Part shown: positions 9,300-18,303 of the stretch, piece by piece
Position numbering within the stretch: the first letter of the stretch is position 1
How the letters are laid out: every line of letters begins with the position of its first letter
Sequence record: SRR31156797_2854
Reading direction: 5' to 3' (one strand)
Length of the DNA: 20,000 nucleotides
Position numbers and translations under genes: made by a program
Notes under the pieces: generated by a model
What the model was told of the DNA's origin: nothing
The model's input: the letters and a program-made list of their open reading frames with translations, nothing else
Databases searched by the model: none

Positions 9300-9338
9300 T
9301 ATTTTTGCAAGCGACCTATTTTTATTTATACTAAATAA
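9300..9338 (+). promoter_or_regulatory. fur promoter -7 element plus a downstream AT-rich inverted repeat (candidate autoregulatory operator)
   Basis: TATTTTTG at 9300-9307 and TTATTTA-TAC-TAAATAA (7-3-7) at 9322-9338. Confidence 0.45.
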
Positions 9339-9379
9339 CAACTGAATTTTTTCTATTTTTAGGGCAAAATTTTTTCGGA

Positions 9380-9871
9380 ATGAAAGAAACGCAAGAAACC
9401 TTTGAAGCAGTAAAGAAAATTTTCACAGAATATCTGGAAAGTAAGGGGCATCGAAAAACGCCTGAGCGCTACACGATTCTGAAGGAAATTTACAATACCG
9501 AAGGCCACTTCGATATTGAATCGCTTTACATCAGGATGAAAAACAATAAATACCGGGTGAGCAGGGCCACGCTCTACAATACCATCGAACTGTTGCTCGA
9601 CTGCAATCTGGTAACCAAGCACCAGTTTGGCAACAATTGCGCCCAGTTTGAAAGGACATTTAAGTTCAAAAAGCACGACCACTTTATTTGCCTTGACAAC
9701 AGCGAAGTGATGGAGTTTTACGACGAACGCATCCAGGAAATCAAAGCATATGTTGAAAAAGAACTGGGCGTTTCGATTACGCATCATTCACTAACATTTT
9801 ACGGACATTGCAACGGCAAAGACAAAAAAGTGAATGTGGTGGAACAACCCGAGAAAAAAACTGCTGATTAA
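9380..9871 (+). CDS. fur: Fur-family transcriptional repressor
   Basis: [30 protein letters not shown] (wHTH), HDHFIC...[15 protein letters not shown]. Confidence 0.93.
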   Translation: MKETQETFEAVKKIFTEYLESKGHRKTPERYTILKEIYNTEGHFDIESLYIRMKNNKYRVSRATLYNTIELLLDCNLVTKHQFGNNCAQFERTFKFKKHDHFICLDNSEVMEFYDERIQEIKAYVEKELGVSITHHSLTFYGHCNGKDKKVNVVEQPEKKTAD

Positions 9872-9893
9872 ACGCACACACTGATTTTGTTTA

Positions 9894-9962
9894 TACCTTT
9901 GTTATGCAAAGTTTTTGCGGGACAAAACCCCGGAAGGCTTTGCATAATTTGTTTATAGTTTG
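9894..9962 (+). terminator. Long hairpin with a T-rich tail between fur and purA, directly preceded by a TAnnTTTG element
   Basis: TACCTTTG at 9894-9901. TTATGCAAAG (9902-9911) and CTTTGCATAA (9938-9947) are perfect 10-bp arms that extend inward through G-U pairs. Followed by TTTGTTTATAGTTTG. Confidence 0.55.
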
Positions 9963-9976
9963 CTAAAAAAAGTGCT

Positions 9977-11260
9977 ATGAAAGTTGACGTATTATTAGGC
10001 CTCCAGTGGGGCGATGAGGGAAAAGGAAAAATTGTTGACGTATTAACTCCTGGATATGATGTCGTTGCCCGTTTCCAGGGTGGCCCAAACGCAGGTCACA
10101 CCATCGAATTCGACGGGATGAAATTTATCCTCCACACCATCCCATCCGGAATTTTTAATCCCGAAAAAACCAATGTGATCGGAAATGGTGTGATTATCGA
10201 TCCATGGGTATTTCACAATGAGGTGCAGCAACTAAAATCCAAAAACCTTGATCCGGTTAAAAACCTGCTGATTTCAAAAAAATCCCACCTGATACTTCCC
10301 AGCCACAGATTGTTGGATGCTGTTTACGAAAAATCGAAAGGGAAACTAAAAATAGGTTCAACACTCAAAGGCATAGGTCCTACCTACACCGATAAAACTG
10401 CCAGACTGGGAATCAGGATAGGCGAACTAAAAAACGATAAATTCCAGGAAAAGTACGCGCTACTTAAAGACAAGCATCAGCGCATTGTTGATTCGTATAA
10501 TTATGACACTGCTGAATTCAAAATAGACGGGCTTGATTTTGAGACCTATGAAAATCGCTGGTTCGAAGCCATCGAAACGCTCAGGCAATTCAGGCATATC
10601 GACAGCGAACATTATATTAACGATCAGCTTCGCCAGGGGAAAAAAGTTCTTGCTGAAGGTGCCCAGGGCACGCTGCTGGACATCGAATTTGGCTCCTACC
10701 CTTTTGTAACTTCATCAAACACGATATGCGCCGGCGTATGTTCAGGATTAGGTGTGGCACCTTCGAAAGTGGGTAAAGTATTTGGGGTATTCAAGGCTTA
10801 CTGTACACGTGTTGGAAGTGGGCCTTTCCCTACCGAGCTTTTTGATGCTGACGGCACACTGATGCGGGACGAAGGACATGAATACGGTTCAACCACGGGG
10901 AGGCCGCGTCGTTGTGGCTGGCTGGACCTGGTTGCACTGAAATACGCCATAATGCTCAACGGAGTTACCGACCTGATCATGACCAAGGGTGATGTGCTGG
11001 GCAGTTTCGAAAACATCAAAGCCTGCACAAAATACAAACTGGGCGGTGAACTACTCGACTACATCCCTTTTGAAAATGAAGAAGTTGAACCTGCTTATGA
11101 AACACTCCCGGGCTGGAACACCGACCTGACCAGGCTAACCAGTGAACAAGATTTCCCGGAAAAGCTAACCGATTATATCAGATATATCGAAAAAAGTACG
11201 GAAACGCCAATTACCATCGTATCGGTGGGCCCTGACAGAACACAGACGATTTTAAGATAA
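9977..11260 (+). CDS. purA: Adenylosuccinate synthetase
   Basis: GLQWGDEGKGK, RFQGGPNAGHT, GIGPTYTDK, EGAQG, GSYPFVTSS, TRVGSGPFPTE, TTGRPRRCGWLD, VSVGPDR. Confidence 0.99.
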   Translation: MKVDVLLGLQWGDEGKGKIVDVLTPGYDVVARFQGGPNAGHTIEFDGMKFILHTIPSGIFNPEKTNVIGNGVIIDPWVFHNEVQQLKSKNLDPVKNLLISKKSHLILPSHRLLDAVYEKSKGKLKIGSTLKGIGPTYTDKTARLGIRIGELKNDKFQEKYALLKDKHQRIVDSYNYDTAEFKIDGLDFETYENRWFEAIETLRQFRHIDSEHYINDQLRQGKKVLAEGAQGTLLDIEFGSYPFVTSSNTICAGVCSGLGVAPSKVGKVFGVFKAYCTRVGSGPFPTELFDADGTLMRDEGHEYGSTTGRPRRCGWLDLVALKYAIMLNGVTDLIMTKGDVLGSFENIKACTKYKLGGELLDYIPFENEEVEPAYETLPGWNTDLTRLTSEQDFPEKLTDYIRYIEKSTETPITIVSVGPDRTQTILR

Positions 11261-11288
11261 GGAGAGCGAATTTAAGGATTGCATAATC

Positions 11289-12851
11289 CTATTCATCGTA
11301 AAATTCCTCAAAGGGTTGATCGAAGGATTCTTCGAAAGCAGGTTTTATAGTAACGCCATCATATTTCTTTTCGATGCCATTATCGAATGAAATCACCAGG
11401 AAAAGCGACCCGTCGTAATTGTACTTTTTCCAGTCGCCATCTTTCATTCCCATCAGGTAGTTGATTTCATCTTTCACCTTGCCGTTATCCCAGTAATAAA
11501 GATGCTTCCCATTTGGGTTGTTATCGATAAATTCTCCTTCGAAAAGGAGTTTGCCCTCATTGTCAAAATATTTCCAATAGCCATTGCGATAACCATATGA
11601 ATAGCTACCCTCCTCACGATAATCACCATACTGGTAAACCCATGGGCCTTCCTCCAGGCCTTCGATATACTCGCCCTCAGCAATAATATTTCCGGCTTCA
11701 TCATATTCAGTCATAAGTCCATCGAGCAATCCATCCAGATAATGTTCCTCACGTAATACTTCACCTGAGGGATAGTACCACACCCATTTTCCATTGAGGC
11801 GTCCTTTATTGTCAAATTCTCCTGTTTGTTCAAGTTGTCCGTTGGGATGGTAATATTCCCAAACACCAACTTTAACACCCTTATCATAAACTCCTACACC
11901 CCGCAAGGCACCATTGTTATAAAATTCTTTCCATTCACCATCACGAACGCCATCTTCCAGGGTTATACCCTCTCCTACCTTTTCGCCGTCCTGGTAAAAT
12001 TCGCCCGATACAATGTTTCCTTCCTGGTCGTAATCACGCCTCACACCCTGAGCCACACCATTGCGAAAGGTCTGCATGGTCATTACTGAGCCGTCGGGAT
12101 AGTAATCTTTGGCTACCTCCAGCCTCACCAATTCTGCGGCATCCTCCTGTTTTTCGCCTTCTACCCATTTTGCAGTGGCCAGCAGCTTTCCGGTTTCGTC
12201 ATACTCCTTAAAATAACCATCCTTCAAATCGTTCACATACTTTCCTTCGAGCCTGACCAGGCCGTTTTCGTGAAAAAATTTCCATAATCCCTGCTTTCTG
12301 CCGGAGGCATCCTTTCGGTTGATACGTTCCCTGCTTACCACATATCCCTTCTTATAGGTGGTTAAAGTTACCACCCGACCATCTTTACCAAACTCTTTTA
12401 CCAGGCCATCTTCGCGCCCATCCACAAAATTGATGGTTTTCATAACCGTACTATCAGGGTAATAATAGGTAGTCAGTCCCAGCTTGATATCACCTTCAAA
12501 ATTCTCTTCTACGATTTCGTCTTTTCGAAAGGTGATACGCGGGCCGTTCTTTTGCCCTTCACGGTAATTGATGATCATGATGAGTTCGCCGGCTTCATCA
12601 AAAAACTTCCAGGTGCTGTCGAGTAAAAAGTTTTGCCGGTTTCCTTCAGATTTAAGAACGCCGTTTTCGTGGTAGGTTTTCCAGTATCCGTCAGGCTTTC
12701 CATCCACCATGGTGCCTTCACTCGACTTTTTACCATTTTCGTAGTAGAAAGTATTGTAGCCGTTTGGATTAAGTTCGCTTTGGGCATATAGGCCTGTGGC
12801 CGCCAAAACAAATCCTAAAAATACAATGATAAGATGGTAGGTTTTATGCAT
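11289..12851 (-). CDS. Exported MORN-variant (YwqK-like) repeat protein
   Basis: Signal peptide (GLYA/Q) and many G.W..Y(Y/H).NG.L..EG.Y..G repeats along the whole length. Confidence 0.88.
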   Translation of the reverse strand: MHKTYHLIIVFLGFVLAATGLYAQSELNPNGYNTFYYENGKKSSEGTMVDGKPDGYWKTYHENGVLKSEGNRQNFLLDSTWKFFDEAGELIMIINYREGQKNGPRITFRKDEIVEENFEGDIKLGLTTYYYPDSTVMKTINFVDGREDGLVKEFGKDGRVVTLTTYKKGYVVSRERINRKDASGRKQGLWKFFHENGLVRLEGKYVNDLKDGYFKEYDETGKLLATAKWVEGEKQEDAAELVRLEVAKDYYPDGSVMTMQTFRNGVAQGVRRDYDQEGNIVSGEFYQDGEKVGEGITLEDGVRDGEWKEFYNNGALRGVGVYDKGVKVGVWEYYHPNGQLEQTGEFDNKGRLNGKWVWYYPSGEVLREEHYLDGLLDGLMTEYDEAGNIIAEGEYIEGLEEGPWVYQYGDYREEGSYSYGYRNGYWKYFDNEGKLLFEGEFIDNNPNGKHLYYWDNGKVKDEINYLMGMKDGDWKKYNYDGSLFLVISFDNGIEKKYDGVTIKPAFEESFDQPFEEFYDE

Positions 12852-13179
12852 ATGTTTGATTGAAAGTCATTTCCTTAACGATCCACAAATTTTAATATTT
12901 TTTGCAGATGAAATCATGATGGAGAAAAATAAACTTCCTCAAAGATATTATTCCGGGTTAAAAATCACCAACGATTTTCACGCTTCATTTCCCGGGCGTT
13001 TCAATTTTTACAGCAATCATAAAAAAAATGCAAAAATTAAAATTTCAGCCTGATCCTTGCGTTACTTTGCCATCCATCACGGTAGTTCATTTTTTGTATC
13101 TTTTATCGATGTTGAACCAAAACAAAATTCATGACGAAATTATACTCTAGTTATATTACAAACCTAAACTTAAAGGAGT

Positions 13180-13557
13180 ATGATTACATTTAATGCACTG
13201 GATAAGGATTATCTGATAGAAGAGTTTAAAGGAAATGTTGATGCCCATGATTTTGTGGTGATGAAAAAAACCCAGATTGACCAAACCGATTATTTTAAGG
13301 TTAAAGGCATCATGATGGATCTGCGCAAAGCAGATGTTTCGATTACCAAAAAGAAGCTGAAACAATTTTTCAACTGGTTAATCAGGAACAAAGCCATTCT
13401 CGAAAATAAATCAATTGCACTTATCACCCGCACCATGGATCAATTGAATTTTGGGTATTTATTCATGGATCACATTTCCCAAAACATGCAACAGGTAAAA
13501 ATCGAACAGTTTTCATCAAAGCAGGAGGCCTACAAATGGCTGCACGAAAACAAATAG
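13180..13557 (+). CDS. Small SpoIIAA-like (STAS/SEC14) domain protein
   Basis: 125 aa with EFKGNV, IMMDLRKA, SIALIT and a C-terminal FSSKQEAYKWL (F....EA..WL is typical of SpoIIAA-like proteins). Confidence 0.7.
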   Translation: MITFNALDKDYLIEEFKGNVDAHDFVVMKKTQIDQTDYFKVKGIMMDLRKADVSITKKKLKQFFNWLIRNKAILENKSIALITRTMDQLNFGYLFMDHISQNMQQVKIEQFSSKQEAYKWLHENK

Positions 13558-13590
13558 GTAGATTTTAGCTTAATTGAACATAATTTGAAT

Positions 13591-13622
13591 AAACCCGGGA
13601 CGATTAAAATTCCGGGTTTTTT
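13591..13622 (+). terminator. Intrinsic terminator after the SpoIIAA-like gene
   Basis: AAACCCGGGA...TTCCGGGTTT hairpin running into TTTTTT, about 35 nt after the stop. Confidence 0.65.
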
Positions 13623-13694
13623 GATTTCATAATGCAATTCCAAAGGATTTCATAACCTGGTTAAGACAGAAATTTCATACTTTAGTCCGAAAAT

Positions 13695-14522
13695 TTGAAG
13701 GTTATGATTCGTACGTTTCTGTTGACCTTGTTCCTGGCATTTTTCCTGAATACACTTTATTCCATTAATGGCAATGTTCCCGAGGGAGGCAGGTCATCGT
13801 CCATGGCAGGAGCCTCGGTTGCGTTGAGTGATTTTTGGTCGCTGCAAAACAACCAGGCAGGGCTGGCCTTTTACAACCACTTTGCCGCAGGAGCATATTA
13901 CGAAAACCGATTTCTGACCAAAGAGCTCAGCCTGAAGTCAGGTGGTGTGGTGCTTCCTGTGAAAAGCGGAGTGTTCGGCCTGAAGGTTTCCTATTTCGGA
14001 TATTCGGCTTATAACGAAAGCAAGTTCGGGCTGGCTTATGCCCGCAGGCTTGGTGAACATTTTGCGGTAGGTGTTCAGTTGGATTATCTGGTGACAGCCA
14101 TTGGAAATGACTATGGGAAAAACGGGGTAGCTACCTTTGAAATCGGGATCCTTTCTAAAATAAACGACCACCTCAGTTTGGGGGCACATATTTTTAATCC
14201 CATCACGGCAAAAATTGCCGACTACGGTGATGAACGAATTCCGGCGGTGATCAGGATTGGTGCGGCCTACGCGTTTGACGACAAGCTACTGGCCACCGTT
14301 GAGGTTGAAAAAGAAACCGAATTTGATCCCATCACAAAATTTGGCATCGAGTACCGCATCATCGAAGAAATTTATGTTAGAGGTGGAATATCATCCAACC
14401 CGGGTCTTTATGCTTTCGGTTTTGGCTTAAACCTGAAAAACCTAAAACTGGATTTCTCTTCCAGCGTGCACCAGGTGCTGGGCTTTTCTCCACAAATTTC
14501 GATGACATACCGCTTTAAATAA
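13695..14522 (+). CDS. Outer-membrane beta-barrel of the PorV/PorQ/FadL-like type (start may be the ATG at 13704)
   Basis: Signal peptide, N-terminal GGRSSSMAGASVA...NNQAGLA hatch-like motif, alternating amphipathic strands and C-terminal ISMTYRFK. Confidence 0.75.
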   Translation: MKVMIRTFLLTLFLAFFLNTLYSINGNVPEGGRSSSMAGASVALSDFWSLQNNQAGLAFYNHFAAGAYYENRFLTKELSLKSGGVVLPVKSGVFGLKVSYFGYSAYNESKFGLAYARRLGEHFAVGVQLDYLVTAIGNDYGKNGVATFEIGILSKINDHLSLGAHIFNPITAKIADYGDERIPAVIRIGAAYAFDDKLLATVEVEKETEFDPITKFGIEYRIIEEIYVRGGISSNPGLYAFGFGLNLKNLKLDFSSSVHQVLGFSPQISMTYRFK

Positions 14523-14530
14523 ACCCTGCA

Positions 14531-16654
14531 TTGAGGAAACCGCCAAACCATATTGGATTTTTTAGATTTGTTGCGCTGAGTGCAGGCCTCTGCCTGATAT
14601 TTCTTACCGGGCATAACCTGTATGGGCAGGAAGAAAAGGTGAGCCTGAAAGAACGTGAGGAACTGATCAGCCGCATCGAGCAGATTGCCGAACGATCGGA
14701 TCAGGAATTGGATTATACCGATTTGATTGATGGATTATACCAGCTACTTGATCAGCCCGTCAACCTGAATTATGCCACGTTTGAAGAACTTAAACAACTG
14801 TTTTTCCTGTCAGATTTCCAGGCGCACAAACTCATACATTACCGGGAGCAGTTTGGCATGTTTGTGAGCATTTTCGAACTGCAATCGATTGAGGGCTACA
14901 GCAGGGAGTTGATTGAACTGATGCAGCCATTTGTTGATATTACACAGGACAGGCCAGCGTATAAGACAAAACTGTCGGATGTGTTCCGATATGGCCGGCA
15001 TGACCTATTTTTAAGGTATGCGCGCGTAGGTCAACAGCAGGCGGGTTACAGAGATATTTCCGATTCGGCCAAACAGGAAAACCCTAATGGCTACTACCTG
15101 GGAAGCCATGACAGGATTTACATGCGCTATGGTTTCAACTACAGAAATAAATTCAGGGCAGGACTCACCGCCGATAAAGATGCAGGCGAGGAGTTTTTCA
15201 CCGGATCGCAGCCCAACGGTTTCGATTTTTATTCAGCTTTCGCCTGGGCTTCCGATCTTGGATTTATCAAACAAATTGCTGTCGGGGATTATCATGTGGA
15301 ATTCGGACAGGGACTCACCCTCTGGACCGGACTTGCATTTGGGAAATCCGCCGATGGTGTTACGGTATCAAAAAACCAGCGGCTGATCAGGCCCAACACA
15401 TCTTCCAACGAAAACCTGTTTTTGAGAGGTGTGGCTGTAACAACCGGAATTCAAAACTTCAATTTCACAGGATTTTATTCATCCAAAAAAGTGGATGCCA
15501 ATATTGGCGATTACGACACGCTGAACCAGGAGATTGCTTTTGTAACCTCGCTTCAGGAAACCGGCTATCACCGCACCAATGCTGAAATCGAAGATAAAGA
15601 TGCCATTCAGGAAACGCTTTATGGCGGCCACATTGAATACCTCAGGAATGCTGTTCGTATTGGCGCCACAGCTTATAAAACTCAACTGGACAAGCCGCTG
15701 GAACTCAGCGGGCAACTCTACCAGAAATACAATTTCAACGGTACTGAAAATCTAAATTTCGGATTGGATTATAATTTTATAGTCAGCAGGTTTAATTTTT
15801 TTGGGGAGATTTCTGGGAGCGAAAATGGCGGGCGGGCGTGGCTTGCAGGCGTGCAGGCGTCGCTACATCCGCAAATGGCCATCTCGGTCTATTACCGTGA
15901 TTTTGGCCTGAAGTATCAAAATCTCTACAGCAACGCCATTGGTGAGAGCAGCACCAACAAAAATGAACGCGGGCTCTATGCCGGTATCAGGGTTGACCTG
16001 CACAAAAACTGGCGGTTTACAGGTTATGCCGATTTTTTCAACTTTAACTGGATGCGTTACCGCGCTGATTTCCCCACCAAAGGCAAAGAATTACTCGGCC
16101 AACTGGAATACAACTTGTCGAGGGATGTGAACATGCACTTCAGATACAGAAGCGACCATAAACAACAAAACCTGAACAGCGGCGAAAACCTGGATAAAGT
16201 TGGCAACACCCACAAACAGAGCTTTCGTTTCAACATTGCCTATGCAGTTCTGCCCTCCGTGATCCTGAAAAACCGGATAGAATATTTGCTGTTTGAAAAT
16301 GTTGAGCGCCAGACCTCTAACGGTTTCCTGATTTACCAGGACATCATGTACCGGCCTGATAACAAGCCTTTCGACCTGACCCTGCGCTATGCCCTATTTG
16401 ACACCGAGGATTACGATGCCAGGATTTATGCCTATGAGCATGATGTTTTGTACGCCTTTTCCATCCCAGGATATTTTTACCAGGGAAGCCGTTTTTATTT
16501 TCTGGCAAAATGGGAAATCCTGGATAATCTGGATTTCTGGATACGCTTTTCACAAACACTTTACACCAATCAAACCACCATCAGTTCAGGCCTGGATGAA
16601 ATTGACGGTAACATCAAATCGGAAATCAAAGCACAAATTCGCCTTAAATTCTGA
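14531..16654 (+). CDS. ComEA-type helix-hairpin-helix domain fused to a predicted outer-membrane beta-barrel
   Basis: Signal peptide (LYG/Q), then PVNLNYATFEELKQL..LS...A.KLI.YRE..G.F.SI.ELQSIEG (ComEA HhH). The remainder is rich in amphipathic beta strands and ends in QIRLKF (BAM-type terminal Phe). TTG start 8 nt after the upstream stop; exact start uncertain. Confidence 0.85.
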   Translation: MRKPPNHIGFFRFVALSAGLCLIFLTGHNLYGQEEKVSLKEREELISRIEQIAERSDQELDYTDLIDGLYQLLDQPVNLNYATFEELKQLFFLSDFQAHKLIHYREQFGMFVSIFELQSIEGYSRELIELMQPFVDITQDRPAYKTKLSDVFRYGRHDLFLRYARVGQQQAGYRDISDSAKQENPNGYYLGSHDRIYMRYGFNYRNKFRAGLTADKDAGEEFFTGSQPNGFDFYSAFAWASDLGFIKQIAVGDYHVEFGQGLTLWTGLAFGKSADGVTVSKNQRLIRPNTSSNENLFLRGVAVTTGIQNFNFTGFYSSKKVDANIGDYDTLNQEIAFVTSLQETGYHRTNAEIEDKDAIQETLYGGHIEYLRNAVRIGATAYKTQLDKPLELSGQLYQKYNFNGTENLNFGLDYNFIVSRFNFFGEISGSENGGRAWLAGVQASLHPQMAISVYYRDFGLKYQNLYSNAIGESSTNKNERGLYAGIRVDLHKNWRFTGYADFFNFNWMRYRADFPTKGKELLGQLEYNLSRDVNMHFRYRSDHKQQNLNSGENLDKVGNTHKQSFRFNIAYAVLPSVILKNRIEYLLFENVERQTSNGFLIYQDIMYRPDNKPFDLTLRYALFDTEDYDARIYAYEHDVLYAFSIPGYFYQGSRFYFLAKWEILDNLDFWIRFSQTLYTNQTTISSGLDEIDGNIKSEIKAQIRLKF

Positions 16655-16707
16655 TCCCTCATCAAATTCACAAACAACAAATAGACAAAACCGCTGTTTC
16701 CTTTCCC

Positions 16708-17088
16708 ATGAACACTTATGTCCAAACAGGAACCATCATCGTTATTTTTGCACTTATCAGCTATAGCATTGCTATCATCACGGAGCAGCGTAAAAAGAAA
16801 GTATTATCTACCGTGCTGATTTTCATCACCCTCGGCGTTATTTTAGATATCACCGCAACAACGTTTATGATCATTGGCTCTTCAAAAGGCCCACTGACTT
16901 TGCATGGCATACTTGGCTATTCATCTCTTGCCGCAATGTCGCTGGATGCCATTTTGATCTGGAGAAGGAAATTTATAGCAGGTATTGGGTCAGATGTTCC
17001 GAAAGGATTACACCTGTATTCGAGGTATGCCTACATTTGGTGGGTGCTGGCATTTATCACCGGCGGCTTGCTGGTGGCCCTGCGGTAA
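16708..17088 (+). CDS. Four-TM membrane protein resembling the HsmA (TIGR03987) family
   Basis: ALISYSIAIITEQR, LGVILDITAT, LHGILG, LHLYSR...WW. Four hydrophobic helices with two His residues. Confidence 0.65.
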   Translation: MNTYVQTGTIIVIFALISYSIAIITEQRKKKVLSTVLIFITLGVILDITATTFMIIGSSKGPLTLHGILGYSSLAAMSLDAILIWRRKFIAGIGSDVPKGLHLYSRYAYIWWVLAFITGGLLVALR

Positions 17089-17128
17089 GATAAAAATAGT
17101 TTTACAAGAATTTCAACCGCCTGGTTTA

Positions 17129-18301
17129 TTATAATCTTTCCATCAGGATTTCCTTTAATTGTTCATCAGTGAGTTTGGCGGGATTGTTTTTCTGCCCGGT
17201 TTCCTGCACTATCATATCCAGATGAAATTCCTCAATACCGTAATCTCCAAGTTTTTGGATATCCAGATCATCGGTCCATTTATATAAGGTATCAACCAGC
17301 AACCCACACCCGGTTTCAATATCTTGCTCTTTACGACCTGATAACAGAAACCCTGTTTTTGCAAACTTTTCCAGCGCCATAGAATTTTTATTTTCCCTGT
17401 CCAGGTTTTCAATGGTCATCTTAACAGTTGGTGCAAACAAAGTTCCACAAACTACACCGTGCGGAATTCTGAAATAACCACCAATAACGGATGCAAATCC
17501 GTGTATGGCTCCCAAACCGGCATTGGCCAGTGTAATCCCCGACATCAAAGCGGCATAAGCCATCCCGGCCCGGACATCAATGTCGCCGGCACCATCGCCA
17601 CAAGCAGGCATTATATTTTTGGCAGCATGTTCCAGCCCGCTCCATGCCAGTGCATCCGTCATCGGATTGGCTTTTGTGGAAACATATGATTCAAGAAGCT
17701 GCACAATGGCATCCATACCTGTTGAAGCTGTAACATCGCGCGGGCATGAAAGCATGAGCTGTGGGTCGATGAGTGCAATATCAGGGACAAAATTATCATG
17801 GCGCAGGGATTTTTTAAAGCCATCTTCACTCACCGAACTGAGCACCGCATTTTTGGTGGCCTCGCTGCCGGTTCCGGAAGTGGTTGGTATTGCGATAAAC
17901 GGCACCTTCCTGCCATCGTGCGCTTCACCTGTGCCAACTCCCTCGAGGAAAGTCTTCACGCGTTTTTCCTGCAGCAGCATGGCCGAAACTGCCTTTCCCG
18001 CATCCACCACACTGCCGCCGCCAATGGCAATCACCACATCAACTTTTCTGTCCCGGTGTTCCATCACCACCGAATCGATAAAATCTGGTGATGGCTCATA
18101 CTGAAACGACACATTGATGATGTAAACATCTTTATCCTGCAAACTTTTAACGATATCAGGCCATAAGTCTGATTGCTTTAAATGACTGCTCCCGGTAATC
18201 AGCAATGCGGTTTTGCCAAATTTTGCAGCAACTTTTCCTACTTGATTAATCTTTCCGGCTCCGAAAATAATCTCAGGAATTCGTGCGATTTTAAAATCCA
18301 T
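17129..18301 (-). CDS. Iron-containing (group III) alcohol dehydrogenase family protein
   Basis: True start most likely MDFKIARIPEIIFGAG (ATG at 18301), 2 nt after the upstream stop. Motifs EPSP, GGGSVVDAGKA, PTTSGTGSEATKNAV, NAGLGAIHG, PHG. Confidence 0.93.
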   Translation of the reverse strand: MDFKIARIPEIIFGAGKINQVGKVAAKFGKTALLITGSSHLKQSDLWPDIVKSLQDKDVYIINVSFQYEPSPDFIDSVVMEHRDRKVDVVIAIGGGSVVDAGKAVSAMLLQEKRVKTFLEGVGTGEAHDGRKVPFIAIPTTSGTGSEATKNAVLSSVSEDGFKKSLRHDNFVPDIALIDPQLMLSCPRDVTASTGMDAIVQLLESYVSTKANPMTDALAWSGLEHAAKNIMPACGDGAGDIDVRAGMAYAALMSGITLANAGLGAIHGFASVIGGYFRIPHGVVCGTLFAPTVKMTIENLDRENKNSMALEKFAKTGFLLSGRKEQDIETGCGLLVDTLYKWTDDLDIQKLGDYGIEEFHLDMIVQETGQKNNPAKLTDEQLKEILMERL

Positions 18302-18303
18302 GT

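Noticed and set aside
11289..12851. YwqK 'antitoxin' as part of a toxin-antitoxin system
   Set aside because: It is a 520-aa exported MORN-variant repeat protein with no adjacent toxin. The label would reflect repeat similarity only.
12856..13053. 65-aa ORF in the divergent spacer
   Set aside because: TTG start in an AT-rich promoter region with no recognisable features. It cannot be supported, though a small protein is not excluded.
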